Assembly (NCBI GenBank): GCA_031257405.1
Contig: JAIROS010000017.1
Span: forward strand, 34,046 to 98,045
Length of the DNA: 64,000 bases
From: Puniceicoccales bacterium
Lineage (GTDB): Bacteria; Verrucomicrobiota; Verrucomicrobiia; Opitutales; LL51
Reading direction: 5' to 3'
Position numbers and translations under genes: made by a program
Shown here: positions 28,065-35,023 of the stretch, in pieces
How positions within the stretch are numbered: the stretch's first letter is position 1
How the letters are laid out: each line of letters begins with the position of its first letter
Notes under the pieces: generated by a model
What the model was told of the DNA's origin: nothing
Databases searched by the model: none
What the model saw: only the letters and a program-made list of their open reading frames with translations

Positions 28065-28445
28065 CCTCCAACTCAGCACCCTAATCGACCAATCCTCGCT
28101 GTCAATTCCCTTTTTAACCAATTTTGCTAACCCTATTTTTGATTTTTTTGTAATTAAATTTTAAAAACCGCAGGCGAGTCGCAATTATACAAAAAATAGT
28201 AAAATTAACTTCGGACGGAGTGATTTCGGCGCGCAAGTACCAGCAAAGTCCCCGCACTTCAAATATAATAAACAATCAATGGGAAAAATATTTGTCAAGT
28301 AAAATCGCAATGGCACAAAAAAAATAATAGACAACTCCCAAAATATCCATTAAATATATAAATACCAAAGCGGCTTCGGATTCTAAATTTAATAAAAGTT
28401 CAAATTTAACAAAAATTATAGGGGAAATATCGTCCCGTACCCATA

Positions 28446-29264
28446 CTAGCGCCTTAGCCGATCACCAAAAACCGTCAATGCCCATATAATAATAATAAAC
28501 GCAGCCGACGGAAAAAATACCTGCCACGGCGCCGTCGCCATAAACTTCGCCCCCTCCGCAATCAATATCCCAAGTGAACTCCTGGGCGGCTGTACCCCTA
28601 GCCCTAAAAAACTTAAAAACGATTCCAATATGATAACCGCCGGCAGCGTGATGATAAAACAAACCGTCGCTATCCCCATTATATTCGGCAATACGTGCCT
28701 CCAAATAATCCTCATCTCCCGCTCACCTAACCCCCGCGCTGCCTGCACATACCCACTCTCCCTAATCCTTAAAACCTCTCCGCGAATAATCCGCGCCGTC
28801 GTCATCCATTCCACTACACTAATCGCAAAAAATAATACCCCTGCCCGCCGACCAAAAATAACCATCAGTAAAATGACGATGAGTGTCAACGGAATCGGGT
28901 ATAAAATATCCACCACACGCATCAAAATTAAATCAATTAACCCACCAAAATATCCAGAAATAATCCCGTAAAATGTCCCAAAACTTACCGCCATTAGCGC
29001 CGCTAAAATCCCTATCGACAGAGAAATGTAACAGCCATAGAGTACCCGCGAAAAGAGATCTCGCCCGAGCCGATCCGTCCCAAACCAGTGCTCCCAACTG
29101 GGCGCTACCGCCCCTAGCGCAATGTCCTGCTGGTAATAGGGGTGACTATAAACCCGCCAACCAACCAGTAATATCCCGCCAATGGCCATAAAACTAAAAA
29201 TATATCTCCTAATGCGCACAAAAATATTGACACTTCGATTTTTATATTCTACTCCAAAGGTCAA
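28446..29264 (-). CDS. ABC transporter permease, DppC/OppC-like (singleton)
   Basis: 6-TM BPD-transport pattern with an EAA-like loop (YVQAARGLGEREMRIIWRHVLPN). No partner ABC genes adjacent. Confidence 0.8.
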   Translation of the reverse strand: MTFGVEYKNRSVNIFVRIRRYIFSFMAIGGILLVGWRVYSHPYYQQDIALGAVAPSWEHWFGTDRLGRDLFSRVLYGCYISLSIGILAALMAVSFGTFYGIISGYFGGLIDLILMRVVDILYPIPLTLIVILLMVIFGRRAGVLFFAISVVEWMTTARIIRGEVLRIRESGYVQAARGLGEREMRIIWRHVLPNIMGIATVCFIITLPAVIILESFLSFLGLGVQPPRSSLGILIAEGAKFMATAPWQVFFPSAAFIIIIWALTVFGDRLRR

Positions 29265-29330
29265 CGCTTAAAAGTGGCGTTTTTTCATTTACAAGGGATA
29301 TAATTTCCTTAGCCGTAAAAAAAATACTCC

Positions 29331-29885
29331 GTGGATTATAAAATTAGTGGAGAAATACACCTCATTGGGGCGCCGATTTTACGCACGGTCGGCATTCCCA
29401 TTGTCGATTTTTCTCCGGAATTGGGTATTTTTTTTGGGCAAATGGACCGCATCATGAGGGCGGATCAGGGCATCGGCATCGCTGCGCAACAGGTCGGGTT
29501 AGCGGTCCGCTGCTGTATCGTCGACGTATCGGAGTGCGCCGCCGAGGGAAAAGATTTTTGCATTCTCAACGGTAATCCCGTCGCGCCACAGGCGATTATG
29601 CCGCTGTACATTTGCAATCCGAAAATTGTGGCGGCGGAGCATTTATGTACACTCCGCGAAGGTTGCCTATCGATTCCCCACTTCCGCTACGAAATCGAAC
29701 GGCCGGAAACTATTACGGTTTTTTTCTCCGACCCGAAGGGAAATGCGCAAAAAATAACGTGCAATGGCGTACTGGCGCGGTGCATGCAGCATGAATTTGA
29801 CCATCTCGACGGGAAATTATTTATCGATTGGCTTTCTCCGAGCGGGGAAAAAAAATTCAAACGTTTTTTGAAAAATCGGGAATAA
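29331..29885 (+). CDS. def: Peptide deformylase
   Basis: GIGIAAQQVG, EGCLSIP and HEFDHLDG motifs. GTG start. Confidence 0.95.
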   Translation: MDYKISGEIHLIGAPILRTVGIPIVDFSPELGIFFGQMDRIMRADQGIGIAAQQVGLAVRCCIVDVSECAAEGKDFCILNGNPVAPQAIMPLYICNPKIVAAEHLCTLREGCLSIPHFRYEIERPETITVFFSDPKGNAQKITCNGVLARCMQHEFDHLDGKLFIDWLSPSGEKKFKRFLKNRE

Positions 29886-29947
29886 TAGTTATATTTTTTG
29901 ACGACAATGACAATAAACAATAAAAAAATACCTGAGTTTTTACTGAA

Positions 29948-30160
29948 AATTAGCAGCTATGAATTGCAATAGGATGGAGGCCAGCCACGGAACTGAGCAT
30001 TCCGCTAAGAAAATTTCCCAGTTATATTTTTCGGCGAAAATGGCGGTAAGTTGTAAAAAACATTTGCGTTTTTGTTTGCCTGTTTGTAGAGAATTAGCAG
30101 CTATGAATTGCAATAGGATGGAGGCCAGCCACGGAACTGAGCATTCCGCTGAGAAAATTT
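29948..30160. repeat. Direct repeat of a ~69-bp unit (period 144 bp) upstream of tRNA-Gly
   Basis: aattagcagctatgaattgcaataggatggaggccagccacggaactgagcattccgct(a/g)agaaaatttc at 29948-30016 and 30092-30160, with one mismatch. Confidence 0.95.
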
Positions 30161-30210
30161 CACTTTTTTCTTGACTGAAAAAACGAGATCGCGATGGTAC
30201 GGAAATTGCT

Positions 30211-30286
30211 GCGAGCGTAACTCAATTGGCAGAGTGCCACCTTGCCAAGGTGGATGTTGAGGGTTCGAACCCCTTCGCTCGCACCA
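30211..30286 (+). tRNA. tRNA-Gly (GCC)
   Basis: GCGAGCGTAACTCAATTGGCAGAGTGCCACCTTGCCAAGGTGGATGTTGAGGGTTCGAACCCCTTCGCTCGCACCA. Possible TTGACT -35 element at 30171-30176. Confidence 0.95.
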
Positions 30287-30293
30287 CTAAAAT

Positions 30294-31097
30294 TTATCTC
30301 GCAACGGGGTTGGTTATTTCCATCGGTGGTTCTGGGGGTAATGTATCATTTTGGTACTGCACCTGTTGTCCCCCTCCTGCTTGCTGTCCTGCTGCTCCAT
30401 GCGGTATCCTCGAAAAATTTCTCAATAACTGCCAAAAAAAGTTTATCACGATTTCAACACAATCTTTGGTGGTGTCCATCACTGTTTTCGTCTTCGCGAT
30501 TTCAGCTTTTTTCTCCATTTTATACTTCTTAATTTCCATTTCATAAAAAGACTTTCCTTCGTAGACTTCTTCTTCCTCCTTTTCCTCTTGGCTACCTATC
30601 CTAATCTCTTTCTCCAAAAGTTCAAAAACTCTATGTTCCAGCATTTCCGTTTTGGCCCCTTTCGCATCGATATTTTTAAAATTATCGTAAAATTCAAAAC
30701 TTCCATTGAGATTGTACATTATGCATCGCCCATTCTCCTTATCGATAAATAGCATGGGTTTGTTGCGCTGCTTATACAAAGTAACAATCTCTTTTCCTTG
30801 CGGTCCCGGAAGCAATCTCTCAAGAAAAGGCATAATGAAATTGATCTTTTCAGTTTCCAACTTAATCACCTCCGACGGCCTTTGGATAATTCTTGGGGGT
30901 TGAGGGGGAGTATTAGAAACGGGAGTGTTAGAAACACGTGGGGTAAGCGGATTTCCTAAGTTCAATGTCGCCAAAGGATTCCCTTTTGGAAGCAAATTTG
31001 GAGCTCCTTCCATCCTTGAAGCCACCGCGGCAAACCCAACCGAAATTAATCCCGTCTCTACCACTAGGAGACATCCCATTTTTCCAAGTATTTTCAT
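30294..31097 (-). CDS. Hypothetical secreted protein (no recognisable domain)
   Basis: 267-aa ORF with a hydrophobic N-terminus, NTPVSNTPVSNTPPQPP repeat, Glu/Lys-rich middle and Gln/Gly-rich C-terminus. Ends 7 nt from tRNA-Gly. Confidence 0.5.
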   Translation of the reverse strand: MKILGKMGCLLVVETGLISVGFAAVASRMEGAPNLLPKGNPLATLNLGNPLTPRVSNTPVSNTPPQPPRIIQRPSEVIKLETEKINFIMPFLERLLPGPQGKEIVTLYKQRNKPMLFIDKENGRCIMYNLNGSFEFYDNFKNIDAKGAKTEMLEHRVFELLEKEIRIGSQEEKEEEEVYEGKSFYEMEIKKYKMEKKAEIAKTKTVMDTTKDCVEIVINFFWQLLRNFSRIPHGAAGQQAGGGQQVQYQNDTLPPEPPMEITNPVAR

Positions 31098-31196
31098 AAT
31101 CTAACCTTTGTTGTGGAAAAGTATTATGCATATTTTTCACGCTTTGCAAATGTTTTTTTACGAAAAATTTCTTTTTATTGGGGGAAATAAAAATAA

Positions 31197-31448
31197 TTAT
31201 ATTTTTTGGGTTGGATTCTCGTTTTTACATTTACCGCAGGCCTCACACTGTGCGATCAGATTATCCAGGGCATATTTTGTTTGATTTTCGAGCCAGAGCA
31301 CGCGTTCGACGAATGATTTTTCCAAAAATTCTTGCAGGCGGCAATCCATTCCCTCCACTTCCTTTCGCGCCATTACCATAAGTTTTGCCATTTTTTCCAC
31401 TCGAATTTTTGCCCATTCCCTTTCAAGTTTACGTTGGTCCCGTGCCAT
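31197..31448 (-). CDS. Hypothetical small coiled-coil protein with C-terminal CxxCxxC
   Basis: 83-aa ORF, charged heptad-like sequence, QCEACGKCK near the end. No clear RBS. Confidence 0.35.
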   Translation of the reverse strand: MARDQRKLEREWAKIRVEKMAKLMVMARKEVEGMDCRLQEFLEKSFVERVLWLENQTKYALDNLIAQCEACGKCKNENPTQKI

Positions 31449-31605
31449 GATTCACACTTGTACTTTTCCGAATGTTTGACAATACGATAGCGGCGGCGGA
31501 ATGATTTTTAAAAAATTTTAATAAATCATCCCGATATTTGCAGTGGGATATTTAAAAAAAACTAATAAATCGCGCATCGAACAACGATGAAATATTTTTA
31601 AAAAA

Positions 31606-32283
31606 TTAATAAATTATTCCGATGCCTGCGCTCCCCATATCCGCTATATTTTCCAAATAAATGACCAAAACAACGGCCCCTTCCGCGACCTCAAACGCCA
31701 CCTGTTCCGCGACCGTGCGGTTAAAACAGGAATTATCCCCGGGGAAATGGAGCTCCCGATCGTCCAACTCCCAGCGCAAACCACGCGTCGTCACCCGCCC
31801 AAAAGGTACCGCAAATAGCGACAATTTTGTCGCCAGCGGCAGACGTAAAGCCAAACGATCCCGCACAACCATAGCAACATTCGGCGGCATGTAAGCAACG
31901 GCATCCGTCTGCGCAAAAATGGCTATATTACTCAAAATATGGTCGATGTACCCCCCATTTATCCCCAAAATAATGGGCGGCGATAGATGATTTTCGCGGG
32001 CAAATTTTAACGCCTTTTGGAAATCCGAAAAGTCCTGATCTTCGGCCACTATTTTCCGCGTTTTGGACGCAATGGGCACTCGAATGCTGTCGCAATCGCC
32101 GATGACAACGTCCGCCACTATACCCCTCTCCCACAACAAATTGTAGGCCCCGTCGGCGGCGATAATCGGCAAATCGAAATGGGAAAAAAATGTGCGGCCC
32201 GGCAGCGCCCCCTTCAGACAAAGCAGAGAACGATACGCCCCCAGCAGAGGTAATATGCTTAAAAATTTTTGCTCATTTTTCAA
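31606..32283 (-). CDS. Thiamine pyrophosphokinase
   Basis: IAADGAYN, GDCDS, DQDFSDFQKAL and GINGGYIDHILSNI match the TPK catalytic-domain pattern. Confidence 0.8.
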   Translation of the reverse strand: MKNEQKFLSILPLLGAYRSLLCLKGALPGRTFFSHFDLPIIAADGAYNLLWERGIVADVVIGDCDSIRVPIASKTRKIVAEDQDFSDFQKALKFARENHLSPPIILGINGGYIDHILSNIAIFAQTDAVAYMPPNVAMVVRDRLALRLPLATKLSLFAVPFGRVTTRGLRWELDDRELHFPGDNSCFNRTVAEQVAFEVAEGAVVLVIYLENIADMGSAGIGIIY

Positions 32284-32300
32284 TATTTCGTAAATAAATT

Positions 32301-33368
32301 TTAAAACTTAGCGTCGAATTGTAAATCCGGAATGTTCCTAAAAAAAATACGCATATTTTCAGCGCGAATAATATCGCGTTCCTCCGGCGATAAATTCTTA
32401 TCGTACAAAACAACCAAATTCCCCGGCTGCGACTCTACCATGTAACGGTCAATTCCGGCGCGATTTTGCCCGTCAATGAGACCGCAGTCCGCCGCCAAAC
32501 GCATCCACGCTAACATCTCAAACGCCTCCTCGCTCTCCAGCGTGTAACAGGAACATAGCACACCGTAAATGCGGCCAATTTTGTTCAAAAATTGCGTGCG
32601 ACTATGCTTCAAAATCCCTTCGCGGGCCGATTTTTCCTGGTCAATAATCGTCTTAATCACGTGCTCCAAACGCTGAATCTCATCCGTTTCGCAAATGCCC
32701 AGCGTCTGCTGATTCGATATCTGATACATGTACCCCCGCGCCTGTGACCCCTCCCCGTGTACGCCGCGAACGACGATCCCAATCTGCTGGACCGCGTCGA
32801 TGAGGTGCTGAATCTGTTCCGCCATCCCTAATCCGGGGAGATGCAGCATAATGGAAGCGCGCATCCCCGTCCCCACATTACTGGGACACGCCGTCAAATA
32901 CCCCATCGGCTGGGAAAAAGCGTAGTAACCGTCGTCGATGGCGTCGTCGATGTCATTAATTTTTTTCCAAATGTCGCGCAATTGTAATCCGCTGCCGATC
33001 ACCTGTATCCGCAAATGGTCCTCCTCGTTAATCATGATCGACGCCAACGCCCTATCACTGCAAATCACGCCCGCCCCCACTTTCCTCTCCAGCAACTCCT
33101 TGCTAATCACACGCCGCTCCTGGAGGGCCAATTGTTCGGGTTTTTTGAGTTCCGACAGATCGATAAAAATTTTAAAATCTTTTAACTTTTGTACGTAATG
33201 TTTGGCGAAATTGAGGATTTCGGTACGTTCGCTATCCTTTGCGTTGGAAGGGAATCGGAATTGGGAAAAATTGCGCGCCAGCCGCACGCGGGAACTCACC
33301 ACAATCGGCTGACTATGCTCCTCGAAGCGCTTGCCGTACTCCAAAAGCAACTTTTTAACCGTTCTCAT
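32301..33368 (-). CDS. mcsB: Protein arginine kinase (ATP:guanido phosphotransferase)
   Basis: NEEDHLRIQ, CPSNVGTGMRASIMLHLPGL and HGEGS motifs. Confidence 0.9.
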   Translation of the reverse strand: MRTVKKLLLEYGKRFEEHSQPIVVSSRVRLARNFSQFRFPSNAKDSERTEILNFAKHYVQKLKDFKIFIDLSELKKPEQLALQERRVISKELLERKVGAGVICSDRALASIMINEEDHLRIQVIGSGLQLRDIWKKINDIDDAIDDGYYAFSQPMGYLTACPSNVGTGMRASIMLHLPGLGMAEQIQHLIDAVQQIGIVVRGVHGEGSQARGYMYQISNQQTLGICETDEIQRLEHVIKTIIDQEKSAREGILKHSRTQFLNKIGRIYGVLCSCYTLESEEAFEMLAWMRLAADCGLIDGQNRAGIDRYMVESQPGNLVVLYDKNLSPEERDIIRAENMRIFFRNIPDLQFDAKF

Positions 33369-33855
33369 GCCTTAGCGAGCGCAACGCATCCCTAATCCTC
33401 GCCGCCTCCTCGAAACGCTCCCCCTCTATCGCCAGCCGCAACTTTTCTTCGAGGGACTCCCGTGTCAACGTTTTTTTTGCGTGGACGGTAAAGCATTTGG
33501 GTTGTTTACCGATGTGATCCAAATTTTTTTGCATATTTTCGATAAGGGGCAGGAGTTTTTCCCGCAACGATTCGTAGCACTGGGGACACCCCAAATTGCC
33601 TGTTTTTTTAAAAAGTTCCACGGTATAGCCACAATATTCGCAGCAATCGTGTGTTGTTATGGCTGGGTTAAGGTCGCCGAAAAGGGCGGTGCCGATATTT
33701 TTAGTCACGGAAAATGGCATCACATTACTGGTCAACACCCCGTAACTGCGCGCGCACGCCTCGCATAAATTGATTGTTTGTTTTATGCTATGGACGATTT
33801 GTTCGATGTGGACCGCCGCTGGTTTTCCGCAAATACTACACTTGAGTGATTCCAT
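33355..33855 (-). CDS. mcsA: McsA-like activator (zinc-finger pairs + UVR domain)
   Basis: CSICGK...CEAC and CEYCG...CPQC Cys pairs, C-terminal UVR motif LEEKLRLAIEGERFEEAARIRDAL. Overlaps mcsB by 14 nt. Start moved to MESLKCSICG (33855). Confidence 0.85.
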   Translation of the reverse strand: MESLKCSICGKPAAVHIEQIVHSIKQTINLCEACARSYGVLTSNVMPFSVTKNIGTALFGDLNPAITTHDCCEYCGYTVELFKKTGNLGCPQCYESLREKLLPLIENMQKNLDHIGKQPKCFTVHAKKTLTRESLEEKLRLAIEGERFEEAARIRDALRSLRHENG

Positions 33856-34075
33856 AAACAAAAATTTTACCCCATCGCCATCCCGCCGTCGACCGTGACC
33901 ACCGCGCCCGTTATGTAACTCGCCCCAGCAGAACACGAATGGGTAATTTGTTCGATGTGGACCGCCGCCGGTTTCCCGCAAATACTACACTTGAGTGATT
34001 CCATAAACAAAAATTTTACCCCATCGCCATCCCGCCATCGACCGTGACCACCGCGCCCGTTATGTAACTCGCCCC
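33797..34075. repeat. Tandem duplication (period 149 bp) spanning the mcsA 5' end, the intergenic region and the fabG 3' end
   Basis: 130-bp copies at 33797-33926 and 33946-34075 differ at about 3 positions. They create a pseudo fabG 3' end and a pseudo mcsA start (ATG complement at 34002-34004). Confidence 0.95.
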
Positions 34076-34762
34076 TTCGGAGCATAAAAAATCCACGGCG
34101 TGGGCGATATCTTCGGGAGTCCCCATGCGCTTCATGGGAATCAATTTTTTGGTTTCTTCAATAATTTTTTCGGACAGCGCGGCGGTCATATCGCTTTCGA
34201 TGAACCCGGGCGCCACTACGTTGACGCAAATCCCGCGGGAAGCGACCTCCTTCGCCACCGACCTGCTAAAACCAATCATCCCCGCCTTCGCCGCAGCATA
34301 ATTCGCTTGCCCAAAATTACCAGTTTTACCAATAATTGAAGAAATATTTACAATTCTGCCCCAGCGATTCTGTACCATCCCCCGCAAAAGATGTTTGGTC
34401 CAGTGAAAACAGCTGCTCAAATTCGTCCCAATCACATCCTCCCAATCCTCCGTACTCATCCGCATCAGCAACGCATCGCGCGTAATCCCAGCATTATTGA
34501 CCAAAATATCAATCGCACCGTGCTTCGCCAGTAAATCCCCACAAATTAACTCCACTGCCCCCCCGTCGGAAACATCCACGGAAATCGCTCCCGCTTCTCC
34601 ACCACCGGCAATAATCTCCTGGGCAATTTGCTCGCAATTCTTCGAACGACTAACACAAATCACGTAAATCGACCGCCGCGCCAATTTTTTCGCAATCGCC
34701 GCCCCTAAACCACGGCCAGCCCCCGTCACTAACGCAACCCGCTTCTCTCCGACTCCTACCAC
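34016..34762 (-). CDS. fabG: 3-oxoacyl-[ACP] reductase
   Basis: KRVALVTGAGRGLGAAIA (TGxxxGxG), NNAG, SSIIGKTGNFGQANYAAAKAG (YxxxK), ITGAVVTVDGGMAMG. GTG start at 34762 is proposed (249 aa) because the longer ORF runs through palindromic element B. Confidence 0.9.
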   Translation of the reverse strand: MVGVGEKRVALVTGAGRGLGAAIAKKLARRSIYVICVSRSKNCEQIAQEIIAGGGEAGAISVDVSDGGAVELICGDLLAKHGAIDILVNNAGITRDALLMRMSTEDWEDVIGTNLSSCFHWTKHLLRGMVQNRWGRIVNISSIIGKTGNFGQANYAAAKAGMIGFSRSVAKEVASRGICVNVVAPGFIESDMTAALSEKIIEETKKLIPMKRMGTPEDIAHAVDFLCSEGASYITGAVVTVDGGMAMG

Positions 34763-34861
34763 AAACCCATTATGGCCGCATCCCCCCCTAACGTCAATAG
34801 GGATTTTTAAAATAATTTTTTCACCACCTATAGAAATAATTATATCGGGCTTCCGCCCCCT

Positions 34862-34939
34862 CCCAGGCCCCGCCAGGAGTCGTAGACTCCTTGGCCTGCT
34901 TCGCAGGCCCCGCGGCGTAGCCGCGGGGCGGGGCCTGGG
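34862..34939. repeat. GC-rich nested palindrome, element B (78 nt, cloverleaf-shaped)
   Basis: An 11-bp perfect closing stem (34862-34872 with 34929-34939) encloses three hairpins with GTA, TTC and GTA triloops. 34905-34929 is identical to 3529-3553. Confidence 0.9.
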
Positions 34940-35023
34940 CTTAGGTCTGCACAAAAATTCACCTCCTGTGAAGGGATTAAAAAAAAGATATCTTCTTTTC
35001 CGGCGGGCTTTATTTTTACATTT

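Noticed and set aside
29959-30174. 71-aa ORF with the internal repeat MNCNRMEASHGTEHSA (and ORF 4369..4584 in the fmt duplication)
   Set aside because: The ORFs exist only because the duplicated units happen to be open in one frame. They have no RBS and no protein-like features.
30287-31605. Genomic island integrated at the tRNA-Gly 3' end
   Set aside because: I could not find a direct repeat of the tRNA 3' end downstream, and there is no integrase or mobility gene. The two orphan ORFs are kept only as a low-key finding.
34862-34939. Elements B and C (also 45024-45111) as unusual tRNA, tmRNA or tRNA-like genes because of their cloverleaf outline
   Set aside because: They have no GTTCRANYC T-loop, no D-loop consensus, 3-nt rather than 7-nt loops, no anticodon-loop geometry and no CCA or discriminator context. 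They are palindromic on both strands, which real tRNAs are not.
34763-34954. Upstream 64 codons of ORF 34016..34954 as part of FabG
   Set aside because: The segment is Arg/Pro-rich nonsense produced by reading through palindromic element B. FabG homologues start ~10 aa before the TGxxxGxG motif, and a GTG at 34762 gives a normal 249-aa protein.
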